A stretch of 32,000 nt of DNA from Candidatus Babelota bacterium (GCA_039809905.1 JBDHVY010000001.1:240001-272000); one strand, 5' to 3'. Counted from the stretch's first letter, positions 9,634 through 19,380 are shown. A program made the numbers and translations. The notes: generated from the sequence alone by a model not told the origin.

Positions 9634-11595
9634 TTAATTTAATCTTTCGCTGCATAATAGACATTGATTATTATCTGCATGATTGCACGCTATACAAATA
9701 AACTTACCGCTATGCCTATTTTTACACAAAATATCAGATAAATTATCTTTATGTTCATTGCACAAATAACATTTTTGTTGAATAAATACCTTTTTCAGCA
9801 ATGACTTTATTTCTCCCGAGGAATCTTCTACCATTTTTTTCGTCACTAATGCTTCGTACTCTAAAAATAATTTTACCAATTCAATTTTTTTACAATGAGC
9901 AGCTATACCAAGCAAGGAATAATGAGTTTGAGAAGAAGGTCTATCAACACGAGCTCCTCTGCTCAATAGTAGTTCAAAAATATCATATGCATTTTTATTG
10001 AACTTCATTAAATGCCATAAAGGAGTTTCTTCATCTTCATTCAAACCATTTGGATCAGCACCTTTGTTAATTAATAAATTAATAAATTTTTTAGTATTTG
10101 GATTTAAATAATGAAGCATGTTATGCAACAACGTATTCCCACCCATCATTACCACATTACAATCAACTAATGGTGTTAACAACTGTTGGCTTTTTTTATA
10201 TTCACCCTTATTAAAAGCAAGTAGAAACTGCTCACTTATGGATTCATTTAATTGCTTAATACAATCTATGCGATTTAAAGACTGCGCGTACATCATGGGT
10301 GTTCTTTTTTGCCGATCGACCATGGAACAATCAGCATTATAGCGCATCAACAATTTTATCGCCCAAGGCTTATTGCAAAAAACTGCCATATGTAAAAAAG
10401 TACCTTTTTGAGTATAAAGCTTTGGACCCCAATCTAAGACCTGTATATTCATCACCCTATCTTCAATATAATTATTGAGCAAAATTGACAAAGTAGTTGC
10501 ACTATCATTATTTTCAATTGCCTCTTTCACCATAAACTTTGTAAAAACATCTCTGTAACAGGTAACAAAAGGAAATCGTTCAATCTGTTGCCTTAATCGT
10601 TTATAATCACCATTGCGCACTAATAATATAGTTTTTTTACATCTCGTTTCTAAATTATCTTCAATTTCTTGAACTTCTACTTTACCAAAAAATTGTTCTA
10701 AATCTTTATGTGATACCTTTTTAATTATACAACCATATTGATTGCACATTATTCCACCGCGCATAGGACCAGTATCTGAACCGGCATAAATTTTTTGCAA
10801 GTCTTTCTTTTCATTGGCATATGAAAATACCGGAGCCCATTGAACCAGAGATTCATGCTTATGAGCATACAACTGCATTGGTATCATTTGGGGAAAAAAA
10901 AATGTTCCATATTTTGCAAAAACCTCTACAATATTCTCATTCTGCTGGCCTTTGATAAGAATATGAAATGGTGTTATACCAAAAGCATCAAGCTGATCTT
11001 GATCAGCATTATTACGTAATAAAAAATCAACCAAATGAATACTTTTTCTATGTATTGCACAATGCAGTAACGTATCAGAATTCTTATCTTTTTTATTGAT
11101 ATCTGCACCTTGTTCAAGTAAAAAGGCTGCTATTTTTTCGGATGTTTCATTAGTTTTTACTATTATTTCCTGCAGACATTTTTCCATAACAAACACATTC
11201 CACAAAGGAGTTCTTCCTTCTGCGTTTTCTTGATCTATATGTGCACGAGCACCAAACAGCAAACGTGCTCCTTTTAGAGATTGTACGTAATGTAATGGCG
11301 TATTGAGTTTATTTTTTGTCTTACCATTGGGATCAGCCTGATACGCAAGTAATATTTTTATGCAAGCATTATTGCCATAGGCTGCAGCAACATGCAACGC
11401 TAAAACCCGATCAGAAAACAAATCCGTTTTTTTTCCATAACGCTTAATAAGAACTGGATGTTCTTTAACCATGCTTTCAACAATCAATGGTTTATTATTC
11501 ATTATCGCTTGAAATAAATCTTCTACTGATGGTAACGGTTGCATTGCTATGCAATAATTTACATACAAAATAGTGAATAAAGATAATACACGCAT
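9634..11595 (-). CDS. Exported ankyrin-repeat protein with C-terminal RING-like C3HC4 motif
   Basis: 653 aa; signal peptide MRVLSLFTILYVNYCIA; multiple ANK repeats (NTPLHYVQSLKGARLLFGARAHIDQENAEGRTPLWN, LLHCAIHRKSIHLVDFLLRNNADQDQLDAFGITPFH, TPMMYAQ..., LLINKGADPNGLNEDEETPLWHLM); C-terminus C-x2-C-x11-C-x3-H-x5-C-x2-C-x7-C-x2-C. Confidence 0.85.
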   Translation of the reverse strand: MRVLSLFTILYVNYCIAMQPLPSVEDLFQAIMNNKPLIVESMVKEHPVLIKRYGKKTDLFSDRVLALHVAAAYGNNACIKILLAYQADPNGKTKNKLNTPLHYVQSLKGARLLFGARAHIDQENAEGRTPLWNVFVMEKCLQEIIVKTNETSEKIAAFLLEQGADINKKDKNSDTLLHCAIHRKSIHLVDFLLRNNADQDQLDAFGITPFHILIKGQQNENIVEVFAKYGTFFFPQMIPMQLYAHKHESLVQWAPVFSYANEKKDLQKIYAGSDTGPMRGGIMCNQYGCIIKKVSHKDLEQFFGKVEVQEIEDNLETRCKKTILLVRNGDYKRLRQQIERFPFVTCYRDVFTKFMVKEAIENNDSATTLSILLNNYIEDRVMNIQVLDWGPKLYTQKGTFLHMAVFCNKPWAIKLLMRYNADCSMVDRQKRTPMMYAQSLNRIDCIKQLNESISEQFLLAFNKGEYKKSQQLLTPLVDCNVVMMGGNTLLHNMLHYLNPNTKKFINLLINKGADPNGLNEDEETPLWHLMKFNKNAYDIFELLLSRGARVDRPSSQTHYSLLGIAAHCKKIELVKLFLEYEALVTKKMVEDSSGEIKSLLKKVFIQQKCYLCNEHKDNLSDILCKNRHSGKFICIACNHADNNQCLLCSERLN

Positions 11596-11780
11596 TTTTT
11601 CTCCTCATATATTTTATGCATTATCTATAAACACAATCCAATTATAATCAAGAAAAAAGAATACGAACTGTTTCTTTTCTCATTCAATATTTTATATAAT
11701 AATATATATAATCAAACAAAAACGATTATTCATATTTTTTTCAAAATGAAAATAGATCAATAAAGGAGCATCACAATATC

Positions 11781-14144
11781 ATGAATTTATACAAAGTGTT
11801 ATCTATTAGAATATATATAGCTATTCTTTGTTACATGATTAACATAGGTGCAACTCAACACGTATCCCATCTTCTCGTAAAAGCTCCACTAAAAACACGT
11901 CTTCAGAAAAGAGAACAGATCGCAGATAAATACATAAATAATAAAGAAATTGTTTTTATAAAAACAAAAGATAAAAAAATTTTTCCTCTTGACCGCTGGC
12001 AGCTTGAATATATGCCATATTTATTCACAATGGCATCTCAACAAAAAAAGAATAGTTTTGGCAACCCTCTTGATATCTCTCAAATTACTATTAATGATTC
12101 TCAACAACCCAACGGCATTAAAATTATCGATGGCATTAACAGTGAGGAATTGGAATTATTATCAACCACCTGGAATGAAATGAAAGGCTTCGGCGTTCTA
12201 TTTTTTCTTGATGATCTAAAAAAAGATAATCCTCATTCTTTATCAGTACTTCAAGATGCCTCCAAAAAAATTGGCAACAATCTTTTATATGCAACAACTA
12301 CGAGCTACTTAATGCCACCAGAAATGCAAAGCAAAATAGCTGAACCATTAATTACTCCTATCATCAAACTTTTAAAACAACAAGGTTATGTAAGCACGAC
12401 ACGCCCAATCATTTTTAATGGACCTCAAAGAAACCCATTTTTTGATGCAGTAGTAAGTACTGATGGAAAAAAATGGGTTGACAAGTCTCTCAATGAAGGA
12501 AAATTATTGAATTGGGAAAATCAACAATTGAGCCTCTATTATATTCCTACTAATCAAGCTGAAATTACTCCGGGCAAGGTAAATAATCCCGCATCTCAAA
12601 TACTTGGGCTACAAACTGAACTGATTAAAAAACGATTTATATTCAGCCCTGATAGCAAAATGCTTGCTGCAATACCAAAATACACTAAGGGCAATTTATT
12701 ATGTTGGGATATTTATGATAAAATCAAAAAATACACTATCAACTATGAAGGTTTTGTCGACGAAATAGCATTCAGTCCTGATTGTCGAACAATTGTTTTT
12801 ATAGGAAGCAATGAACCTCCTTCAGCAGAAAATAAACGTGCTGATAAATTGTATATCTGTCATCTTACGCAAGAAAATCCAAAACCCCAACTCATTGAAA
12901 CTATAACAAAACCAATCCAATCGATTATCTTTAGTCCTGATAATAAAAACTTTGCATGCATCTCAGAACGAGAGGTTAATATCTATTATTCTAATCCTAA
13001 GGGTTATTTTACCGCCAAAGCAATTCAATGGGATGATGAGAAACCACCTATTACATCAATAACTTTTGACGCAACCGGGAACAAATTTATCTGTCATGTA
13101 AAAAATCCTGAAATTGGACAACTGACTACGCTATTGTATATTTATAAGCTATATGATAACAATTTTATTTTATACAGAACAACAGAAGTAGACGGGAAAT
13201 TTTTTGGCGATATTCGTTTTGATTTAAAAGAAAACTCTTGCCTTATTACTCAATCAAGTACAACCACTGGTCTTGATAAAGGAATTTATTATTGGGATAA
13301 CATTGATCAAAAAAATTCTAAACCTCGCTTAGTTTATAATGGTGATTCTCCCACACAAGCAGCACTAAGCCCTAATAGCCAATTATGTGTTTTTGCCAGC
13401 AATCCTGATATAACATGTGAGAAATTATATTATTTTTACACAAGTAATTGCATAGTTCGCGAAATTGAGAAGAGTCTCTTCTTCAATACTCGCTCGCTAA
13501 CCTTTAGTAAAGATAGTAAACATTGCTCTGTTATTAGACAAAAAAACGATATACCTGATAATAAAACAACAATTAGCAAAAAGAATCTTAAATTTGGTGA
13601 TCAAGAACTCAGAAATTGCAATCTTGGCACAGCTACTTTGCTTCATAATGTTTTGGAAGAATTATTAAAACACCATCACTCACAAATCGTAAAAAAAACC
13701 TTAGCTTATGAATTACTTTACCGGTTACCACTACAACTGCGAGAATTCATAATAAAAATCTTAAAGCTAGATGTTGTTGATTATCTCGATCCTCGCAGAC
13801 GCTTAACAGAATCCAAAGAAAACGAACAAGAATTTCCCCAATCAGAATTACAAGAACCTCCACATGATATAGCAAAAATACTAACAAAAAAAGCTAGTGA
13901 ATCTCTTCTACAAGATTTGGCTCAATACCTGGAACAGATCAAGCAACAGCCCACCATAAAACACGAGATGAAGATGCCATCTTCCAATCCGCCGGAAACC
14001 CTTGCCGGAAAAATCATTACTTCATTATCTACTATGGGAAACTATATTTATTCTTATTTACCATCCAGATTGCAAAGACTATTCAAAAAAGAAAATCCTA
14101 TAGCGGAAAAAGAACCTCTTAATCCACTACAGGAAAATCAATAA
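11781..14144 (+). CDS. Exported WD40/beta-propeller-like protein with N-terminal Skp1/BTB-like segment
   Basis: 787 aa; N-terminal hydrophobic leader; repeated FSPD-type blade motifs (FIFSPDSKMLAAIPKYTKGNLLCWDI, IAFSPDCRTIVFIG, IIFSPDNKNFACIS, ITFDATGNKFICHV, AALSPNSQLCVFAS, LTFSKDSKHCSVI). N-terminal IVFIKTKDKKIFPLDRWQLEYMPYLFTMASQQ resembles the Skp1/BTB start. Confidence 0.7.
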   Translation: MNLYKVLSIRIYIAILCYMINIGATQHVSHLLVKAPLKTRLQKREQIADKYINNKEIVFIKTKDKKIFPLDRWQLEYMPYLFTMASQQKKNSFGNPLDISQITINDSQQPNGIKIIDGINSEELELLSTTWNEMKGFGVLFFLDDLKKDNPHSLSVLQDASKKIGNNLLYATTTSYLMPPEMQSKIAEPLITPIIKLLKQQGYVSTTRPIIFNGPQRNPFFDAVVSTDGKKWVDKSLNEGKLLNWENQQLSLYYIPTNQAEITPGKVNNPASQILGLQTELIKKRFIFSPDSKMLAAIPKYTKGNLLCWDIYDKIKKYTINYEGFVDEIAFSPDCRTIVFIGSNEPPSAENKRADKLYICHLTQENPKPQLIETITKPIQSIIFSPDNKNFACISEREVNIYYSNPKGYFTAKAIQWDDEKPPITSITFDATGNKFICHVKNPEIGQLTTLLYIYKLYDNNFILYRTTEVDGKFFGDIRFDLKENSCLITQSSTTTGLDKGIYYWDNIDQKNSKPRLVYNGDSPTQAALSPNSQLCVFASNPDITCEKLYYFYTSNCIVREIEKSLFFNTRSLTFSKDSKHCSVIRQKNDIPDNKTTISKKNLKFGDQELRNCNLGTATLLHNVLEELLKHHHSQIVKKTLAYELLYRLPLQLREFIIKILKLDVVDYLDPRRRLTESKENEQEFPQSELQEPPHDIAKILTKKASESLLQDLAQYLEQIKQQPTIKHEMKMPSSNPPETLAGKIITSLSTMGNYIYSYLPSRLQRLFKKENPIAEKEPLNPLQENQ

Positions 14145-14157
14145 ACGATACTTTTTT

Positions 14158-14946
14158 TTATCGATTAGTAAGATAATTTATAGTCAACAACGCTCCATAA
14201 TTTGCAGCCCAGGATACCGCTGTTTTTGTTGTACTTTCCTCAGCTCCAACCATTTGTTCAACTGCAGGGTTAATAATATAGCGTCCTAATGCATCAGCTC
14301 CGACTTGTATTATTGCTGCTTTGCCAAATCTAGCCGCATTACTTCGATTCAGCCCATCAGTTCCTTCAACAGCAATTGCACTTGCAACACGCGCTGCTCC
14401 TGCAACTAAAACAAATTGACTATTTTCAGCTGCAAAAGCTCTCAGATGCTCAGGAAGACACTCAAGACCTTTTTTTACAACATCAGATTCTGCTGCATGA
14501 GAAATTACATGATCAGCACCCAAAAACACTATTGGTTCAACTATAGAAAGTGTACCTATTTTATTTTTGCTACAATCTCTGCACCTATAGGATTCATTGA
14601 AATCAACTTGCCGAGCATACCATGCATTATATTTTCTAACTTTTTCTAAAGATCCATGACATTTTAAATTTAAAGGCTTTACAATCATTTCATCAAAACC
14701 AATAACCAGGGATTGATGAGCAACATCAAATAAATGCATAGATTCCCAAAATTCTCCTGTAACAACTATAAAAGGAATAAAACCAATCGAAGAAAAACCT
14801 ACTTGCGAAACACGATCCAATGTAATTCTATTAGGACCAACAACAATTGGTGCCATACGGGCACAATCCATGTAACTCAATTCAGCTTACATACTGCATA
14901 CAGCAGCAAAAAAAACGACAAAAATGATATTGTTTTTTATATTCAT
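14158..14946 (-). pseudogene. Exported protein of unknown function interrupted by one in-frame TAA just after the signal peptide
   Basis: Frame from ATG at 14946: MNIKNNIIFVVFFAAVCSM[TAA]AELSYMDCARMAPIVVGPNRI..., continuous with the 240-aa ORF 14158..14880. Stop codon at 14887..14889. GGAG lies upstream of the 14946 ATG. Confidence 0.65.
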
Positions 14947-14974
14947 AAAAAACACTCCAAGATATAGCAAAGCA

Positions 14975-15436
14975 CTAAATTGCTCTTTTTATATAAATAA
15001 AAATAGATGAACCTTCAGATCCGTTATCAGCACTTTTTATAACCACACTGCAATAACGGTCAGGGCTTTGGAACTGCAATAAAACTTCTTGTGCGTCAAA
15101 AGAGATCAGATGCTGCCATCCATAACGCTCCATTTGTTTCATAAAAAAGTCTATCGCTTCATTTCGCGATAATGGGCTTTTATAACCAAAAAATAATGTT
15201 TCAGAATCTACTCTATAATCAGACGGAATAATCCGCTCATCATAAAAAGGAATTGGAATATCTATGAGCATTGCTTCTTGCTGAGCAATAGTATCAAGAA
15301 CTACGGTGAGATTATTATTGATTGATGCTTGATTAGTATCGATTGGACGTTCAGGCAATTGTTTTTTAGCACAAGAGGGAAAAAGCATACAAAACACAAC
15401 TATTGCATAGAAGCGAGTTATTGCAAAATCCCTCAT
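14975..15436 (-). CDS. Putative lipoprotein or exported protein, unknown function
   Basis: 153 aa; MRDFAITRFYAIVVFCMLFPSCAKKQ, a leader ending in a lipobox-like PSC (weak match). Confidence 0.6.
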   Translation of the reverse strand: MRDFAITRFYAIVVFCMLFPSCAKKQLPERPIDTNQASINNNLTVVLDTIAQQEAMLIDIPIPFYDERIIPSDYRVDSETLFFGYKSPLSRNEAIDFFMKQMERYGWQHLISFDAQEVLLQFQSPDRYCSVVIKSADNGSEGSSIFIYIKRAI

Positions 15437-15447
15437 GAAAATCTCTT

Positions 15448-15867
15448 TTATTCAGCAGAAGCAGCTTCTGCTTCAACTGTTTTACGCTTTGCAAGTGAAG
15501 CTTTAGTTTCAACAAGTTGTTTAACGTGAGCTTTTTTACCAACTTTATGACGAAGGTAAAACAACTTAGCGCGGCGTACATCACCTTTACCAAGAACTTT
15601 TACATCTTTGATCAATGGTGAATAATATGGATAAATACGCTCAACAGCAACACCATTGTCGCCAATTTTACGTACAATGAAAGTAGTTGAAACGCCGTTT
15701 TTATGGAAAGCAATCACATTACCTTGAAATGCTTGTAAACGTTCTTTTCCACCTTCTTTAATACTTTGTGATACAACAATCATATCTCCAATACCAAATT
15801 CTGGAAAATCACGATTTGTCATACCTATGCTGCGAATTGTTTCTTTAGTATAAAATGCTGCTTTCAT
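15448..15867 (-). CDS. rplS: 50S ribosomal protein L19
   Basis: 139 aa; FPEFGIGDMIVVSQSIKEGGKERLQAFQGNVIA..., FPYYSPLIKDVKVLGKGDVRRAKLFYLR-type L19 signature (here VERIYPYYSPLIKDVKV); Ala/Glu-rich C-terminal extension. Confidence 0.93.
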   Translation of the reverse strand: MKAAFYTKETIRSIGMTNRDFPEFGIGDMIVVSQSIKEGGKERLQAFQGNVIAFHKNGVSTTFIVRKIGDNGVAVERIYPYYSPLIKDVKVLGKGDVRRAKLFYLRHKVGKKAHVKQLVETKASLAKRKTVEAEAASAE

Positions 15868-15949
15868 GCAAAATTCCTCTTACGACGTGTTCGTACAAAT
15901 ATTTTTAAATATAACCTAAAAAAGACCTTAGAGCAACACTAAAAACCAG

Positions 15950-17254
15950 TTATTGTGCTCTATTGTTACCTAACCACCTATCAAGGATGATTGCTACGGC
16001 AGATCGGACTGATAAATGATTAAATTGAGTAAAACCATCTATTGGCAGTAAAAGATAGTCACACAATTTAATAATTTCTGGAGAAAGACCTTGTCCTGTG
16101 CCAAAAAGCAATAATACCGGCCTATTACTTTCCCATACCTTTTTTTGATCATAATAAGAAGCCATCTCTTGAGCATCATCACTGAGTTGAGCTGATGTTG
16201 CAATGATAAGCGGTCTTTTACCTTCTTTTTCTTCTATTTTTTTTATTGTCTCATCGAGCGAACTAACCAACTGAACAAGTTGAATTGCATCATAGCGACA
16301 TCGATTATATTCAAATCCTATGCCTTTTTTCCAAAAATCGAGCATTTTGTTCACTATTTTTTGCTGGTCAATCAACGGTGTTACAATAAAAAAGTCCTCT
16401 ACGCCATATGTTTTTGAAGACCGCGCAATATCATGGATATCAATAGATGTTACTGATGTTACTCCCAGTCTTCGCTCTTGACCGATAAGAACATCACTGT
16501 GCATAAGCGCCACATAGTGAGATGGAATATAGTGCTGTGCTATTTTTTTATCTTGATTTGTTAAAGACTGTGAGCGTAACCATGAAAAGTGATCTCGTAC
16601 GGTTTTTTGTACCGCATGCTCACTACGCCATTTTTCAATCGCTGCATGATTACCTGAGCGCAGTACATCAGGAACACGCTTGTCCTTCCACTCAACAGGT
16701 TCAGTGTATGAAGGAAAATCTACAAATGGTCCCACAAAAGAATCTCGCGTTACTGATTCTTGTTTACCAACCACATCTGGCAAAAGTCGCAACACGCCTT
16801 CAAGAAGCAACATTGCTGGTATATCGCCACCCATAATAACAAAATCACCCATTGAAAGAATCATATCTGCATATTCTTCTTCCACACGAGCATCCATGCC
16901 TTCATAGCGAGCAGGAACAATCATGATGTGCTTATTTTGCTGTAACTGTGCTGCTATTGTTTCAAAAACCCGTTGATCAACTTTTTTCCCTCGAGGAGAA
17001 AAGAAAATTTTGAATGCCTTACCATACTCTCGTTCTTTATCTTCAATTGCTTTTTGAACAACATCAGGACGAATCAGCATACCTGCACCAGGACCAAATG
17101 TTGGCGCATCAATACGTTCTTTTGGTTGTACATACGAAAAAAACGACTGCACATCAATATGTACAATCTCTTTTTCTTGCGCTCGACCTACCAAACTAGT
17201 ATGTATAAAAGGCTCATAGAGTTGTTCAAATACGGTAAGAATTGAAATATTCAT
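15950..17254 (-). CDS. trmD: tRNA (guanine37-N1)-methyltransferase with fused C-terminal RNA methyltransferase-like domain
   Basis: 434 aa; TrmD part has FGPGAGMLIRP, ARYEGMDARVEE, SMGDFVIMGGDIPAMLLLEGVLRLLPDVVG, PDVLRSGNHAAIEKWR. C-terminal VALMHSDVLIGQERRLGVTSVTSIDIHDIARSSKTYG...VLLLFGTGQGLSPEIIKLCDYLLLPIDGFTQFNHLSVRSAVAIILDRWLG. Confidence 0.9.
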   Translation of the reverse strand: MNISILTVFEQLYEPFIHTSLVGRAQEKEIVHIDVQSFFSYVQPKERIDAPTFGPGAGMLIRPDVVQKAIEDKEREYGKAFKIFFSPRGKKVDQRVFETIAAQLQQNKHIMIVPARYEGMDARVEEEYADMILSMGDFVIMGGDIPAMLLLEGVLRLLPDVVGKQESVTRDSFVGPFVDFPSYTEPVEWKDKRVPDVLRSGNHAAIEKWRSEHAVQKTVRDHFSWLRSQSLTNQDKKIAQHYIPSHYVALMHSDVLIGQERRLGVTSVTSIDIHDIARSSKTYGVEDFFIVTPLIDQQKIVNKMLDFWKKGIGFEYNRCRYDAIQLVQLVSSLDETIKKIEEKEGKRPLIIATSAQLSDDAQEMASYYDQKKVWESNRPVLLLFGTGQGLSPEIIKLCDYLLLPIDGFTQFNHLSVRSAVAIILDRWLGNNRAQ

Positions 17255-17286
17255 TATGGTGATCCTGGCAGCAACACAGCTGAAAT

Positions 17287-17517
17287 CTATCGCGATAGTT
17301 CAAGTGAGATTTTTTTTCTATCAGATGCGGCAATATCTATTAAAGCACGCAATGACTTGATAGTGTGCCCTTCTTTTCCAATGACACGGCCTCGATCTTC
17401 TGGCGCAACTTTAATTTCAAGGAGATTTTCATCTTCTTTTTCAGTAATACTTACTACAACATCATTTGGATGCGAAACTAATTGCTGCACTACAAAAGTT
17501 ACTAATTCTTTTATCAT
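17287..17517 (-). CDS. khpA: KH-domain RNA-binding protein KhpA
   Basis: 76 aa; VAPEDRGRVIGKEGHTIKSLRALI is a KH GxxG-type signature; sits between rpsP and trmD as is common. Confidence 0.9.
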   Translation of the reverse strand: MIKELVTFVVQQLVSHPNDVVVSITEKEDENLLEIKVAPEDRGRVIGKEGHTIKSLRALIDIAASDRKKISLELSR

Positions 17518-17603
17518 AAAAACCCATAACCGAGATAAAACAGAAAGATCCCCTATTTTCAGAAAAATGTATGGGGATCATATAATTGCTTATTTAACTA
17601 TAT

Positions 17604-17906
17604 TTATTCAGCTTTCTCTGCTTGCACAGCTTCATTTGTTGCCGAAGGAGCAACTTTTGCTGATGACCCAGATTTTTTATAAAGACGATAGATTTTTTTT
17701 GCTGAATCTGTTGCGATTGCACCTTTAGCCAACCATGCTTGATAAATATCTTCATGAAATTGTACCACTGAACCATTTATAGGATCAAAAGTACCAACAT
17801 TTGCAAGCGCTTCACCATCTCTTTTACTGCGACTATCAGCTGCAATAATACGGTAAAATGGTCTATTTGTTGTTCCGATGCGGGACAAACGAATTTTAAC
17901 TGCCAT
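17604..17906 (-). CDS. rpsP: 30S ribosomal protein S16
   Basis: 100 aa; MAVKIRLSRIGTTNRPFYRIIAADSRSKRDGEALANVGTFDPI. Confidence 0.95.
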   Translation of the reverse strand: MAVKIRLSRIGTTNRPFYRIIAADSRSKRDGEALANVGTFDPINGSVVQFHEDIYQAWLAKGAIATDSAKKIYRLYKKSGSSAKVAPSATNEAVQAEKAE

Positions 17907-17941
17907 AAAGCGAAATCCTTCTAAACTGACATAAATGTATA

Positions 17942-19270
17942 TTAAAACTTATTTAATAGCTTAACATATTGTTTGGCTTCTTCAAAGCGTTTCAATAGTA
18001 TAGCCACATCTTCTACCTTAACTCCTGCCCCCTGAGCAATCCGACGCATGCTCGAATCATTAAGATTTTTGCCACTCAGACGTTCTTTTGGCGTCATTGA
18101 AGAAATAATTGCCCGGAAACGTATCAATTCAACTTCTCCTTTTTGAATCATTTCAGGAGATATCTTGGGACCAATGGCAGGCATATATTTTAATAACTGT
18201 GATAAAGACCCTAATTTATTCATCATAGCCATTTGATCAGCAAAATCTTGTAACGAGAAGTTTCCTGATGCAAAAGCTTTTTCAGCCTTATCTTGCTCAT
18301 GAGCCGCAATTTTTTCTTCTGCATGCTCAATTAAGCTGCGGATATCACCCATACCAAGAATACGCTCTGCAGCACGATCAGGATAAAAAAGATTCAGATC
18401 CGTAACTTTTTCACCTTCACCTATAAATACAATAGGTTTTTTGATTACAAAACGAAATGCAAACGCTGCTCCACCTCGAGTATCACTATCCATTTTCGTC
18501 AAAATTGCACCATGAAAACCTATGGTATCTTCAAACGCTTTGGCGATCACGAGTGATTCTTGGCCAGTCATGGCATCGAGCACCAAAAACTTATATGTTG
18601 GCCTTATTACCGCATCAACTTCCTGCAGTTCCTGCAACATTGTATTATCAATATGCAAACGGCCTGCGGTATCTAACAATAGAACATCATAACTATTATC
18701 TGTCGCAAAAGAGGCTATTTCCTTTGCAGCCAAAGCAGGATCCGTGTTTTTTGCACGATAAAAAGTAATTCCAACTTGTTTTGCCAAAATTTCTAACTGA
18801 TCAATTGCTGCAGGTCGGTAAAAATCTATTGATCCTACAACTATTTTTTTCACCTGATTGTTTTTTTCAGCATCTTTTTTGATTTTGCATGCTAATTTAC
18901 CAATCGTTGTTGTTTTTCCTGAACCTTGCAAGCCTACAACCATTATAGTCGCGGGAAAGTCAAATGAAAAAGATGTGTTATATCCACCTAAAAAATCGAC
19001 TATCTTATCCTGAACGATTTTCATCAATTGTTCAGCCGGTTTAAGCTGAGCTGTTATTTTTTGTCCGACTACTTCTTTCTTTACTGATTCAATAAATTGT
19101 TCTACCACAACATACGGCACATCTGCTTCAAGTAAGCCTGCATGCACAGCTTCCAATGTTTCTTGGATATTATCATGGGTAAGCGTTTGAGAATCACTTA
19201 ACTGGGAAAAAAGAGATGAAAATTTTTGTGAAAGAAAATCAAACATGCCAAAATCCTTTGGGTAAGACAT
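17942..19270 (-). CDS. ffh: Signal recognition particle protein Ffh
   Basis: 442 aa; GLQGSGKTTTIGKLA, DTAGRLHIDNTMLQEL, TKMDSDTRGGAAF, GEKVTDLNLFYPDRAAERILGMGD, M-domain region. Confidence 0.96.
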   Translation of the reverse strand: MSYPKDFGMFDFLSQKFSSLFSQLSDSQTLTHDNIQETLEAVHAGLLEADVPYVVVEQFIESVKKEVVGQKITAQLKPAEQLMKIVQDKIVDFLGGYNTSFSFDFPATIMVVGLQGSGKTTTIGKLACKIKKDAEKNNQVKKIVVGSIDFYRPAAIDQLEILAKQVGITFYRAKNTDPALAAKEIASFATDNSYDVLLLDTAGRLHIDNTMLQELQEVDAVIRPTYKFLVLDAMTGQESLVIAKAFEDTIGFHGAILTKMDSDTRGGAAFAFRFVIKKPIVFIGEGEKVTDLNLFYPDRAAERILGMGDIRSLIEHAEEKIAAHEQDKAEKAFASGNFSLQDFADQMAMMNKLGSLSQLLKYMPAIGPKISPEMIQKGEVELIRFRAIISSMTPKERLSGKNLNDSSMRRIAQGAGVKVEDVAILLKRFEEAKQYVKLLNKF

Positions 19271-19380
19271 ATAAAATATGCTTTGATTACTGAATTATCT
19301 TAGCATAAATACATAATTTTCTAAAGTCTGCTATACTATAACAACAAAGTGAGAGAAAAGCCCCTTAGGAAAATAAAACT

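Noticed and set aside
16522-18768. Multiple + strand ORFs over trmD, khpA, rpsP and ffh
   Set aside because: Antisense or out-of-frame to strongly conserved housekeeping genes.
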